A stretch of 64,000 nucleotides of DNA from assembly GCA_002269645.1 (NCBI GenBank), contig NIVC01003356.1, positions 38,615 to 102,614 on the forward strand, written 5' to 3'. Position 1 is the first letter of the stretch. Each line of letters begins with the position of its first letter. A program made the position numbers and the translations under genes. The notes under the pieces were generated by a model, which saw nothing but the letters and a program-made list of their open reading frames with translations, was not told where the DNA came from and ran no database searches. This DNA comes from Macrostomum lignano (taxonomy: Eukaryota). Below, one piece after another: positions 1 through 12,430 of the stretch.

Positions 1-29
1 AGATCTGGAGGGGTTTAGTTTAGTATCTC

Positions 30-205
30 TAATATTTTGGGGATCTTTGAAATTTTGGGGATCTTTGAGATTTCAGGGATCTCTGAGATTTCAGGGTATT
101 TTTGAGATTTTAGGGATGTTTGAGATTTTGGGGATCTTTGAGAGTTTTGGGAACTTGAAGATTTTGGGGATCTTTGAGACTTGGGATCTTTGAATTTGGG
201 ATTTT
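30..205. repeat. Degenerate ~17-21 bp minisatellite (GGGGATCTTTGAGATTTT-like)
   Basis: Repeated gggatctttga..atttt units; explains the repetitive ORF 15..329. Confidence 0.8.
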
Positions 206-417
206 TTCGTGATTCAAGAATCGAATGCTTTTCATTGCTGATGATGGAAGTAACAGTGATTTTTGTATTGTTTGCCCACTTATTCAGGTTCCTAGTTGTA
301 AGCAGCTCTTTAAATTTGATCAATGTCAATAATTACCACACTAATCATTTTTAAGCTCTTTCAAATCGTATGCTTTATTGAACAAAAATTCCTTTAATAT
401 AATAGACACACACTCTA

Positions 418-1927
418 GGGTGTCTATTAATCGTATCCTGGGAGGATACGATTCCTCCCAGGGTCCTGAAGCTACCAGAGCTGACCCCCGCCATCACCGA
501 GGTGCTGAACAAGCACTGCAGTCTTGGAGGCGACGCGGCCGCCTGCGCGCCCCCACAATGGCGCACCTCCAAGATCATTTCCATCCCGAAGAAGGGGGCT
601 TCTACAAGCCTGGACAACCAGCGTGGCATTGCGCTGGAATGTACCACGGCAAAGTTGCTGAATGCTGTGCTGCGCAACCGCCTCCTGCCAGGTCTCAACC
701 CACTGCTGCTGAGTCTCCAGAGCGGTTTTCGGCCAGGCAGGTCCACCACTGAGCAGGTTGCAACCATCCGCTCAATCATTGAGGCCTGCAAGACCCGCCT
801 GCGCTCCGTGTCGATTGTCTTCGTGGATTTCCGGAAGGCTTTTGACTCGGTGGCCAGGCTAGCGATTGCATGGCTGCTGTCCTACTACGGCGTCCCCCCT
901 GCACTGGTGGCTGCGGTGATGGATCTGTACAGCGATTCCAGGGCATTTGTTCAGTCGAGCGACGGCCCCACTGATGAGTTCAGCACAAGCTCTGGCGTCC
1001 TTCAGGGCGACACGCTGGCTCCTCTGCTTTTCATCATGGTCGTGGACTACGTGCTGCGCCGGTCTCTCCATGATGACGACGGCTATGTGCTAGTCCCACG
1101 TCGAAGCTCCCGACACCCTGCAGTCCCGCTGCCGGCTCTTGCGTATGCAGACGACATCGCACTCCTCTGTCGCGATCCAGCTGCTGCCCAACGCGCTCTC
1201 TTAAGACTCTGCGAGGAGGGCGCTCGGGTTGGACTGATGATCAACGCACTGAAGACAGAAGTGCTGCACGTGGGCACTGATACCGCCCCGGCACTAGATC
1301 TGCCCAACGGAGACGCCATCGCGGTGTGCGAGGACTTTCGGTACCTCGGCTCCCTGGTGATGAGTCCCGACTCCATCGTCTCCGACAGAAGGAATCAGGC
1401 CTGGCGTGCGGCGCACCTTCTCAGGAACGTCTTCAACTCTGCTGCAAGAGACAGCCTGAAGGTGCGCCTCTTCCGCGCTGCCGTTGAGCCTATCCTTCTG
1501 TACGGCATGGAAGCAGTGCCGATGACCGCCACGCGAGAGAAAGCCCTGGACGCGCTGTACAGGTCCCTGCTGCGCCACGCCCTGGGCGTGCACTACCCGG
1601 AGAGGCTGCCGTCCAGAGACCTGATGGTTCGCGCCGGCGTCCCAGCCCTGAGCGTCACCCTGCGCCGGCGCCGCCAGATGCTGCTGGGCCACTGTCTGAG
1701 GAGCCACGGTCGCGGCGAGCGAAACCCGCTTGCGCTGGTCCTCCTGCACCAACCGACCGAGCGGCTGCGCCGCGGCCAAGGAAGAACTGTGACGCTAATT
1801 ACCACTCTGTTGGCTGACTTGCAGGCTATCGGACTTGATCCCCAGTCCGCCATGGCCTGCCCCTCCCGACTGTTCTGCGAGCGCGTGCGCGCAAAAGCTA
1901 TCTAACTTTTTGCGTCTTTATATATAT
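418..1927 (+). mobile_element. 5'-truncated RTE-like non-LTR retrotransposon
   Basis: Identical 12-bp direct repeat ACACACACTCTA at 406-417 and 1928-1939 (TSD). GC-rich RT ORF in AT-rich flanks, very short 3' UTR ending in (TA)n, no endonuclease domain. Confidence 0.9.
502..1905 (+). CDS. Non-LTR reverse transcriptase (RT and C-terminal region, N-terminally truncated; frame extends up to ~463)
   Basis: Motifs QSGFRPGRST, VFVDFRKAFDSV, GVLQGDTLAPLLF, LAYADD and FRYLG. No RNase H. Uninterrupted frame suggests a young copy. Confidence 0.92.
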   Translation: MLNKHCSLGGDAAACAPPQWRTSKIISIPKKGASTSLDNQRGIALECTTAKLLNAVLRNRLLPGLNPLLLSLQSGFRPGRSTTEQVATIRSIIEACKTRLRSVSIVFVDFRKAFDSVARLAIAWLLSYYGVPPALVAAVMDLYSDSRAFVQSSDGPTDEFSTSSGVLQGDTLAPLLFIMVVDYVLRRSLHDDDGYVLVPRRSSRHPAVPLPALAYADDIALLCRDPAAAQRALLRLCEEGARVGLMINALKTEVLHVGTDTAPALDLPNGDAIAVCEDFRYLGSLVMSPDSIVSDRRNQAWRAAHLLRNVFNSAARDSLKVRLFRAAVEPILLYGMEAVPMTATREKALDALYRSLLRHALGVHYPERLPSRDLMVRAGVPALSVTLRRRRQMLLGHCLRSHGRGERNPLALVLLHQPTERLRRGQGRTVTLITTLLADLQAIGLDPQSAMACPSRLFCERVRAKAI

Positions 1928-2389
1928 ACACACACTCTACTTTGTCAGTAGTGCACTAAAAATTATTTGTGCCATTTTTGTAACTTTTGGATACTCACTT
2001 AACAGTTCTTTTAAATGGCTATTTATTATACAATAATAAAATATGATTTTTGCTACGATTTTTAAAAAAGAATTTTGTTTGTTAAGTCTTCAAAAATCGT
2101 TTTATTTCTTTTTCAAACTGAGCGAGAGCATCTTGAGTCAAACAATTGACAGATTTTTACTAAATTAGTGCTAAAAAGTGTAAGAAAACTTTGCTAAGCC
2201 TAAAATTTTAGTGATTAGTCAGTAGGTTGTCTGCTGTCTGCCACAACCTTCTTTAATGTACCATCAATGCGCCTTCTGCCACAGCATTCACTTATCAACA
2301 GTGGGTCACGTTATAAACATATAAGTCCTTTGTGTCACGTCAGTCCTTAGATATGCGAAATTAATTTCAGTTTTTTTAATATCTAAGTT

Positions 2390-3170
2390 TGAGTTCGCTC
2401 ACGCACTCAATCACTTACTCAGTAACTCGCATAATCACTCAATCACGATCACTCGCTCAATCACTCACTCACTCACCTCACTCAATTACTCTTTCACTCA
2501 CTCACTCACTCAATCAGTCACTTAATCACGATCACTCACTCAATCACCTCACTCACTCACTCACGATCACCTCACTCACTCAATCACTCACGATCACCTC
2601 ACTCAATCACTCACTCACTCAATCACTCACTCACTCACTCACTCACTCACCCACTCAATCACTCACGATCACCTCACTCAATCACTCACTCACTCACGAT
2701 CACCTCACTCACTCAATCACTCACGATCACCTCACTCAATCACTCACTCACTCAATCACTCACTCACTCACTCACTCAATCACTCACGATCACCTCACTC
2801 AATCACTCACTCACTCACTCACGATCACCTCACTCAATCACTCACTCACGATCACCTCACTCAATCACTCACTCACTCACGATCACCTCACTCAATCACT
2901 CACTCACGATCACCTCACTCAATCACTCACTCACGATCACCTCACTCAATCACTCACTCACTCACGATCACCTCACTCAATCACTCACTCAATCATTAAA
3001 TCACTCACTCACTCACTCAATTCATTCAATCACTCTTTTACTCACTCACTCACTCACTCAATCACTCTTTCACTCAATCACTCAATCACTCACGATCACC
3101 TCACTCAATCATTCACTTAATCACGATCACCTCACTCAATCACTCACTCAGTCACTCGCTCAATCACACT
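2390..3170. repeat. (TCAC)n-based compound microsatellite with TCAATCAC and GATCACC variants
   Basis: Directly visible; explains ORF 2389..3120. Confidence 0.95.
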
Positions 3171-3444
3171 GCTTATCAATGAAGTTGCAATAAGCTGTCG
3201 GGGGGCGGTTCCTGGCCCCAAGCTTTACTTAGCTTCTCCCCGCCGCAAGATTTTGGGCGCGAAAGCAAACACTCTCAGCTTACCTCCGGAAATTGAAGTT
3301 GACGATATTCAATAGTGAAGTAAAGCAGTGAATTTAGCAGTGAGGCAATCTCTGTAGGTCTTTTGCCTTTAAATTTTTCTTTTTGTTTCCATGGAGAATT
3401 TTTTTGTATTGGTTGTGTAGATTTTGTCTTTTTATGTCTTTGAT

Positions 3445-4230
3445 TTCACCCTCTGGCCTGCTTACCCTCCCTTATCTTATCCTCTGCCCTGCTTACCCTC
3501 CCTTATCTCACCCTCTGGCCTGCTTACCCTCCCTTATCTCACCCTCTGGCCTGCTTACCCTCCCTTATCTCACCCTCTGCCCTGCTTACCCTCCCTTATC
3601 TCACCCTCTGGCCTGCTTACCATCCCTTATCTCACCCTCTGGCCTGCTTACCCTCCCTTATCTCACCCTCTGGCCTGCTTACCCTCCCTTATCTCACCCT
3701 CTGCCCTGCTTACCCTCCCTTATCTCACCCTCTGGCCTGCTTACCCTCCCTTATCTCACCCTCTGCCCTGCTTACCCTCCCTTATCTCACCCTCTGCTCT
3801 CCCCTCTAACCCTCCCTTATCTCAACCTCTGTCTACCCTCTAAACCTCACTTATCTCACCCTCTGCCCTGCCTCTTACCCTCCCTTATCTCACCCTCTGC
3901 CCTGCCTCTTACCCTCCCTTATCTCACCCTCTGTCTACCCTCTTACCCTCCTTTATCTCAACCTCTGTCTACCCTCTAACCCTCACTTATCTCACCCTCT
4001 GTCTACCCTCTAACCCTCACTTATCTCACCCTCTGTCTACCCTCTAACCCTCACTTATCTCACCCTCTGCCCCGCATCTTACCCTCCCTTATCTCAATCT
4101 CTGCCCCGCCTCTTACCCTCCCTTATCTCACCCTCTGTCTACCCTCTTACCCTCACTTATCTCAACCTCTGCCCTGCCTCTTACCCTCTCCTATCTTACC
4201 CTCTGCCCTCCCCTCTTACTCTCCCCTCTC
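3445..4230. repeat. 31-bp C/T-rich minisatellite (CTCACCCTCTGGCCTGCTTACCCTCCCTTAT)
   Basis: 31-bp period, degenerating toward the 3' end. Confidence 0.95.
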
Positions 4231-4690
4231 TGTTCCATCTTCTCCTTTATTTTACCCTCCATGCTTGTAATACATTCTGTACTGCGGTCTGTTTACATTA
4301 TAATGCATTATTTCTTTATCCTTGCCATATAGAAATTCCCTAGTTGCTATAGTTACATTCTGTGCGTCATCAAGTTAGATTATGACTGCCCAAGATGTAA
4401 TAACCAGCTTATTTTATTGTAATTTATGTTTATAGCTGTGTACCTTGCATGCATGCTCAATGTGCTGCACGAACTAGATAAGAGAATCTGTCTTCTGTGT
4501 AATAAAAATTATGACCTTCTTTCTAGTTTCTTTTAGAAAATTTCATCTGTTCAAATTGTTTACAACTCTGCGAGTATTTCTTGAACTTGCGCTTGAGTCC
4601 TAAATTTGCACCCTGTACCCTGGAAAAGCATTTTTATGCATTACCCACAAAACTACTTTTCGATATGACATAGTTTATGACCATTTAAAT

Positions 4691-5293
4691 CTCGTTATAG
4701 AGAATCGCGCCTCCCATCTCACCATAGAGAATCGCCCCTCCTATCTCCCCCCATAGAGAATCGCCCCTCCCATCTCCCCCCATAGAGAATCGCCCCTCCC
4801 ATCTCACTATAGAGAATTGCCCCTCCCATGCATCTCCCCATAGAGAATCGCCGCTCCCATCTCCCCATAGAGAATCGCCGCTCCCATCTCCCCCCATAGA
4901 GAATTGCCGCTCCCATCTCCCCATAGAGAATCGCCGCTCCCACCCCCCATAGAGAATCGCCGCTCCCACCCCCCATAGAGAATCGCCCCTCCCATCCCCT
5001 ATAGAGAATCGCCGCTCCCATCTCCCCATAGAGAATCGCCCCTCCCACCCCCATAGAGAATCGCCGCTCCCACCCCCATAGAGAATCGCCCCTCCCATCC
5101 CCCCATAGAGAATCGCCGCTCCCATCTCCCCATAGAGAATCGCCCCTCCCATCTTCACATAGAGAATCGCCCCTCCCATCTTCACATAGAGAATCGCCGC
5201 TCCCATCTCCCCATAGAGAATCGCCGCTCCCATCTCCCCATAGAGAATCGCCCCTCCCATCTCCCCATAGAGAATCGCCCCTCCGATCTTCAC
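4691..5293. repeat. ~27-bp minisatellite (CATAGAGAATCGCCCCTCCCATCTCCC), left block
   Basis: Same unit and orientation as 6508-8230. Confidence 0.95.
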
Positions 5294-5300
5294 GGGATAG

Positions 5301-5550
5301 CGACGTTTGCCAGCGGGACGTTAGCCAGTCGACGTTAGCCAGCCGACGTTAGCCAGCCGACGTTAGCCAGCCGACGTTAGCCAGCCGACGTTAGCCAGCC
5401 GACGTTAGCCAGCCGACGTTTGCCAGCCGACGTTAGCCAGCCGACGTTAGCCAGCCGACGTTAGCCAGCCGACGTTAGCCAGCCGACGTTTGCCAGCCGA
5501 CGTTAGCCAGCCGACGTTAGCCAGCCGACGTTAGCCAGCCGACGTTAGGT
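5301..5550 (+). repeat. 14-bp tandem array (GCCAGCCGACGTTA)
   Basis: About 17 copies; left arm of the putative foldback element. Confidence 0.95.
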
Positions 5551-6334
5551 CAGTGAGTGAAAAATTTGATACTGAAATATTCGCAGTTTAGCGGTTTTTT
5601 AGTCCAATTTTTTGACGGTTATTCGCATGTATAAAAGTTGGAAAACAAAATCTATCCAAATTATGCAGTTCATCAATCTAGCATCCAGTTTAACAACAAT
5701 TTCTTTGAATGTGAAAATATCATAAAGTTTACTTCTGACAGTTTTGTATCGCTTTTCCTAGTTTGAGAAGTTTGATTTTTGATTTGCGATTGAAGACACG
5801 CAAATTTAAACGGGAATCTCCAGCGAGTCAAGTTTTGGACAATTAAAAGACCTGCTGAACGATAATTCTGGCTTGTATATTTCCCAGTTCATTGGGAAAT
5901 CCAAAAGTAAGCGAATTAATTCCAATGCAGCTTGTCAAGTGCATGCTGTCATGGCCCAACTCCGTTAAGCAGAGTTTGGCTTTTGAGTTAAGTATATATA
6001 GGCGAGACTAGGCCAATACCATTATGGATGTCTCAGTCTTTTCCCATTTAGCTTGTAAACACTTAGCTTGTTTGGCCACTGAGATGGAAAGGGCCATTTC
6101 ATGGCATGCATAGACATCAACTGTGACGATGGAAACTCCTATTTTGTATTTTTGTATTTAGGCAGACAAGAGCAATAACTTGAATAAGCCTGAACAGTAG
6201 TTTGTTAGTAACCTGTATATTTAATAGCAGTAGTAGGGAGCGAGGTGGAATTAGATTAGTGCTGTGTCCACAGCTTTCAAATGCAAGTACATGTAAGTCT
6301 AGAGAGGGCATACTTCTTTAACCAATTGCCGTCT

Positions 6335-6500
6335 GCAAATGTCCGGCTGGCAAACGTCGGCTGGCAAACGTCGGCTAGCAAACATCGGCTGGCAAACGTC
6401 GGCTGGCAAACGTCAGCTGGCAAACGTCGGCTGGCAAACGTCGGCTGGCAAACATCGGCTGGCAAACGTCGGCTGGCAGACGTCCGGCAGGCAAACGTCG
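6335..6500 (-). repeat. 14-bp tandem array (GGCTGGCAAACGTC), reverse complement of the 5301-5550 unit
   Basis: About 11 copies; right arm of the putative foldback element. Confidence 0.93.
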
Positions 6501-6507
6501 TAGACCC

Positions 6508-8230
6508 CATCTCCCCATAAAGAATCGCCGCTCCCATCTCCCCATAAAAAATCGCCCCTCCCATCTCCCCATAAAAAATCGCCCCTCCCATCTCCCCATA
6601 AAGAATCGCCGCTCCCATCTCCCCATAGAGAATCGCCGCTCCCATCTCCCCATAGAGAATCGCCGCTCCCATCTCCGCATAAAGAATCGCCGCTCCCATC
6701 TCCGCATAAAGAATCGCCGCTCCCATCTCCCCATAAAGAATCGCCGCTCCCATCTCCCCATAAAGAATCGCCCCTCCCATCTCCCCATAGAGAATCGCCG
6801 CTCCCATCTCCGCATAAAGAATCGCCGCTCCCATCTCCGCATAAAGAATCGCCGCTCCCATCTCCCCATAAAGAATCGCCCCTCCCATCTCCCCATAGAG
6901 AATCGCCGCTCCCATCTCCGCATAAAGAATCGCCGCTCCCATCTCCGCATAAAGAATCGCCGCTCCCATCTCCCCATAAAGAATCGCCCCTCCCATCTCC
7001 CCATAAAGAATCGCCCCTCCCATCTCCCCATAGAGAATCGCCCCTCCCATCTCCCCATAAAGAATCGCCCCTCCCATCTCCCCATAAAGAATCGCCGCTC
7101 CCATCTCCCCATAAAGAATCGCCTCTCCCAGCTCCCCATAAAAAATCGCCGCTCCCATCTCCCCATAAAGAATCGCCCCTCCCATCTTCCCATAAAGAAT
7201 CGCCCCTCCCATCTCCCCATAAAGAATCGCCGCTCCCATCTTCCCATAGAGAATCGCCCCTCCCATCTCCCCATAGAGAATCGCCCCTCCCATCTCCCCA
7301 TAGAGAATCGCCCCTCCCATCTCCCCATAGAGAATCGCCCCTCCCATCTCCCCATAGAGAATCGCCCCTCCCATCTCCCCATAGAGAATCGCCCCTCCCA
7401 TCTCCCCATAGAGAATCGCCCTCCCATCTCCCCATAAAGAATCGCCCCTCCCATCTCCCCATAAAGAATCGCCCCTCCCATCTCCCCATAGAGAATCGCC
7501 CCCCATCTTCCCATAGAGAATCGCCCCTCCCATCTCCCCATAGAGAATCGCCGCTCCCATCTTCCCATAGAGAATCGCCGCTCCCATCTCCGCATAAAGA
7601 ATCGCCGCTCCCATCTCCGCATAAAGAATCGCCCCTCCCATCTCCCCATAAAGAATCGCCCCTCCCATCTCCCCATAGAGAATCGCCGCTCCCATCTCCG
7701 CATAAAGAATCGCCGCTCCCATCTCCGCATAAAGAATCGCCGCTCCCATCTTCCCATAGAGAATCGCCCCTCCCATCTTCCCATAGAGAATCGCCCCTCC
7801 CATCTCCCCATAGAGAATCGCCCCTCCCATCTCCCCATAAAGAATCGCCCCTCCCATCTCCCCATAAAGAATCGCCGCTCCCATCTCCGCATAAAGAATC
7901 GCCTCTCCCATCTCCCCATAGAGAATCGCCCCTCCCATCTCCCCATAAAGAATCGCCCCTCCCATCTCCCCATAGAGAATCGCCCCTCCCATCTCCCCAT
8001 AAAGAATCGCCCCTCCCATCTCCCCATAAAGAATCGCCGCTCCCATCTCCCCATAAAGAATCGCCTCTCCCAGCTCCCCATAAAAAATCGCCGCTCCCAT
8101 CTCCCCATAGACAATCGCCCCTCCCATCTCCCCATAGAGAATCGCCCCTCCCATCTCCCCATAGAGAATCGCCCCTCCCATCTCCCCATAGAGAATCGCC
8201 TCCCATCTTCCTATAGAGAATCTCCCATCA
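6508..8230. repeat. ~27-bp minisatellite, right block (~64 copies)
   Basis: Source of the GGAILYGEM, MGRWEGRF and GDGRGDSLW pseudo-ORFs. Confidence 0.97.
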
Positions 8231-8759
8231 TCATGGTCATCCACATTTAAATGGGTTTGTGTTTATCCACCGGATGCACTTGGGAAGAGAAAAAAACAGG
8301 GAAAGGGATAAAATTTCGACTGTTTATTCCCGTCAGCAAAATTTTGCACCTGCCTGTTATTTTGCTAGTTTTTGGCCTAATTAGTGTTTTTGCGTCATTA
8401 GCTAAGAAAAGCTGTTAAAGGCGCTATAGGTAGATTGGGGCGCAACAGATTTTCTTATTTTGTCTTTCTGTTTATCAGCTGATTAAATAGTGGCTAGTTG
8501 GTCGCGTGATGTTTGACTGTACGCCGGTAGTATCCTTGCTAATTCTCTCATTTAGCTGCACTCTGTCTAATTGGACAAATACTTGACTCTGTCTGACCTA
8601 AGGATTAATAGATTGATGGGAAGTTAAAGCAAAGAAGAGACCTCTTATTGCAAGGAGATCCACAATAATATAGATTTCAGGAGGAATAAAGCTTGCAATC
8701 AGGTTTGTAATTTGCTCTAATTTGGGCTTTTTTCGGATCTTCGACCATAAATTTAAATC

Positions 8760-9050
8760 CCAACCATCCGAAACCTAAAGATCCCAAAGTTGGAGAAAGA
8801 TTAAAAAATCGAACTATGAAAAACTCTGATCCCAAATTCAGACTAAAACAAATTCGAAAATCCCAAAGTCAAAAAGATCCCGAAATTCGAAAAGTTCCTA
8901 ACGACAAAAAGGTTCCAAAATCAAAGAGATCTCGATGTCAAAGGATCCCAAAGTCAAAAAGATCCCGAAGTTAAAGGGATCCCAAAGTCAAGGGGACCTA
9001 AAGTCAGCAAAATCCCAGCTTGATATAAGAATCTAAGAACTCCAGATCCG
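8760..9050. repeat. Degenerate AAAGATCCCAAAGTC-type repeat
   Basis: Recurrent gatcccaaag motifs; resembles the reverse complement of the 30-205 repeat. Confidence 0.6.
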
Positions 9051-9489
9051 ATAAATTTTATTAGAGTTCCATGGCCCCTTTAAAGTGTAAACCTACGCTC
9101 GTAGAATGATAAAACATTGTTTGAGATTAGCCATACGGATGGATTGGCTTTGAGTCCTGCAGGCCCTGGAGCCCAGTTTGGTGGAATAGAAGGGCACTGA
9201 GCTCGTGTGTGACTTGAGCAAACAGACCGTTTATATAGGCTGCTGAGCTGGCGAAAGTGATGGAACCAACTGAACCCAGTCTGCAGAGGGTTAAATGAGT
9301 TGGGAAGATGGGAACACGAGATCCTGTTGACTCAACATCTCTCTTTCTCTCGTCGTTGGGTGCCAGTTATTGAGTTTTCCTATGAGAAGATGAGAAGATT
9401 TTCACATCAGCTAAGAGTAATAAAACTGATGAAGGACAGGAGAGGACACAGTTTCATACAGGAAAGGGACAGAGTTTAAAAGGATATGA

Positions 9490-9800
9490 TGAGGGAGAGC
9501 AAGAGATGATGAGATGGGAAGAGCAAGAGATGATGAGATGGGGAGAGCAAGAGATGATGAGACAGGGAGAGCAAGAGATGATGAAATGGGGAGAGCAAGA
9601 GATGATGAGACAGGGAGAGCAAGAGATGATGAGACAGGGAGAGCAAGAGATGATGAAATGGGGAGAGCAAGAGATGATGAGACAGGGAGAGCAAGAGATG
9701 ATGAGACAGGGAGAGCAAGAGATGATGAGACAGGGAGAGCAAGAGATGATGAGACAGGGAGAGCAAGAGATGATGAGACAGGGAGAGCAAGAGATGAGAC
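9490..9800. repeat. 24-bp minisatellite (GAGCAAGAGATGATGAGACAGGGA)
   Basis: About 13 copies; 8-aa periodic ORFs. Confidence 0.95.
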
Positions 9801-10749
9801 ATTTTTTGAGAAAAAGAAAGTAAAATCTATAAATATTTTCAAATTTAGCCCTAGCCGCTTTGTTGCCAAGGACATGTAGGTAAACAGCGAAACTGTAATT
9901 TTTACGAGGGTAAATAGAAACATTTTTTGTCCAAGCCAAGTCAGCTGCTTATCTCAGCTTAATTAGGCCATCTGTGCTGCGGTTGCGGACGCGTCTTTAA
10001 ATTGGCTAGCTTGACTCATCTTCGACTTCTCTAACTACTTAGCTTAGTTTCCTGTTTCACTATCGTGACCAGGAGTCCTCCTTGAGTCATTCTGCCAATT
10101 AACAATGCTATGGACTGTTCACGCGGACTGCTTGTGGAAAGAACTTCAGCTAGCTAAGTTGAGCAAGGAGTAAAAAATCGAGCACGTGTCGTCTTGTTGC
10201 ACTTTTATGTACCTGAAAAGTAAATTATTAGAGAAAAGTAAGATACAACTAGGTGGACTCTAGGTAAACAAAAGTTTTAAATACTAATTTTGTTACCCTT
10301 TTTCAGTCACTTTTGACAGCAAAAAAATAAACAATCAACGAGTCACCACGCACATCAGCAGCAGGCAGCACTTTGCTGATAGAGTTAATTATTATTACGG
10401 TTTTAACGGATTACATTGTCACTCTTTGGTGAGTCCATTCTTGTGTCTACCCTCTAAAGAGTGAATCTTTGGCCTTAGAAACATAATCTCATGTTGAGAA
10501 AGTGAGAAGTGAGATCTGCTATGAGTATTACAAGGCATCATAAAGTGTCAGGGTTTTTTTACGAGCTAGGATATTAAAACTCTAGCCCTCTCTCTTGAGA
10601 TTTAAAAAATCCATAAAAACTTTGCCCACTAGTTTTGCAGATTTGACAGCATGTCCCTTACTTCTGACATTAATTTTTTATTATGCCGTATAGAGTTTTG
10701 TTAAAGCTAGCTATGGTTAATTTGCTAATATCTTTGCAGACAAATATTT

Positions 10750-11320
10750 CCGATCAAACCAGCCCAACCCCCACTTCACTCACCCCTCAGTGTACATAGA
10801 CTCCGATCAAACCAGCCCAACCCCTAACTTCACTCACCCCTCAGTGTACATAGACTCCGATCAAACCAGCCCAACCCCCAACTTCACTCACCCCTCAGTG
10901 TACATAGACTCCGATCAAACCAGCCCAACCCCCAACTTCACTCACATCTCAGTGTACATAGACTCCGCTCAAACCAGCCCAACCCCTAACTTCACTCACC
11001 CCTCAGTGTACATAGACTCCGATCAAACCAGCCCAACCCCCAACTTCACTCACCCCTCAGTGTACATAGACTCCGATCAAACCAGCCCAACCCCCAACTT
11101 CACTCACATCTCAGTGTACATAGACTCCGCTCAAACCAGCCCAACCCCCAACTTCACTCACCCCTCAGTGTACATAGACTCCGCTCAAACCAGCCCAACC
11201 CCCAACTTCACTCACCCCTCAGTGTACATAGACTCCGCTCAAACCAGCCCAACCCCCAACTTCACTCACCCCTCAGTGTACATAGACTCCGATCAAACCA
11301 ATCCACAACACCCCACTTAA
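10750..11320. repeat. 54-bp minisatellite (~10 copies)
   Basis: Unit CCGATCAAACCAGCCCAACCCCCAACTTCACTCACCCCTCAGTGTACATAGACT. Confidence 0.95.
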
Positions 11321-11919
11321 CTCACCCTGGATGTACTTATTCTCCGACAAAACAATTTATCTCCCGACTTCAATGGGTTTAAACTGATATTCAATTTTTT
11401 TAAATATCCAAGAAGCTTCAAGAAGCCACTTTTATGATACTTTTCTCTCTACATACGGTATTATTCCGACCTTGCTAACCTGGCGGATAGGAACGAGGCA
11501 AGTTCAGCTGGGTTAGTTGGAGATCAATAAAATAAATTCAGCGAAGGCAGCTGAGTGGGGAGTCATTGATTTTTACGTGTTGATTTTTTTCTTTGAGACA
11601 CTGCGTGTTTCTTTTTTTCTAAGCGAGAGCAAGCTTCCTCAGTCCTCTCTGCGCTCTCCCTTTTTCACTTCAAGTCTTTTTTCTCATAAAAGTTCGCGCA
11701 TGCTATTATGTTCGGAATGAAAGTTTCTTGTATAGATTCGATAAATAGTTGATGAGAAGGCAAAGTTCGTATGACTTCCCATTGTGGTTGTAAAGAAAGG
11801 ACTGACATTTTAATAATGGCTTCTATGAGGAAAATTGTTTGAAACAAAGTGGACAGATTTGAGGGGGGGGGATAAAAACTGGATTTTATAAAATTGAAGC
11901 TTAACCCATGAGGGGGCAG

Positions 11920-12205
11920 AGATGGAAAGAAATTGAAGAGAAGTACATGGGGGGAAATAACGAGTAGATGCAAAATATGTGCACTCGCAGATAGAGAAGT
12001 ACAGAGGGGAGAGGGAGAGGAGAGAGGGAAGGAAGTACAATAAGAAGGAGAAGAGATGGAGAGAATTGGACAGAAGAGGGGGAGAGAAGTAGAGATGAGA
12101 GATGGCAATGAAAGTAGAGAGGGGAGTGGGAGAGAGGAAGAGAAGTAGAGAGGACAGATGGATAGAAGTACAGGGAGATAAGGAATAGAAAAAAAAGTAG
12201 AAAGA

Positions 12206-12294
<89 letters not shown>

Positions 12295-12430
12295 AAGAGG
12301 AGAGAGGTAGAGAAGTAGAAAGGAGAAGATGGCAATGAAAGTAGAGAGGGGAGTAGGAGAGAGGGAGAGAAGTAGAAATGATAGAGGGTGAGAAGTAGAG
12401 GGGAGATAGAGATTAGGAAAGAAGTAGAAG
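11920..12430. repeat. Polypurine low-complexity tract including (GA)n at ~12210-12290
   Basis: Directly visible. Confidence 0.9.

Larger units (their letters stand above)
5294..6507. mobile_element. Putative non-autonomous foldback/MITE-like element interrupting the 27-bp array
   Basis: Imperfect terminal inverted repeats (GGGATAGCGACGTTTGCC vs reverse complement GGGTCTACGACGTTTGCC), continued by inverted 14-bp arrays around a ~0.8-kb non-coding core. Confidence 0.6.

Noticed and set aside
375-1853. Overlapping alternative-frame and antisense ORFs within the RTE
   Set aside because: Shadows of the GC-rich RT coding sequence.
6277-8244. 597-655 aa ORFs (GGAILYGEM etc.)
   Set aside because: Translations of the 27-bp array, open in three frames, with no splice or domain support.
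10750-11320. Regular 54-bp repeats and other arrays considered as CRISPR-like
   Set aside because: Units are contiguous with no unique spacers, there are no cas genes, and the context is eukaryotic.
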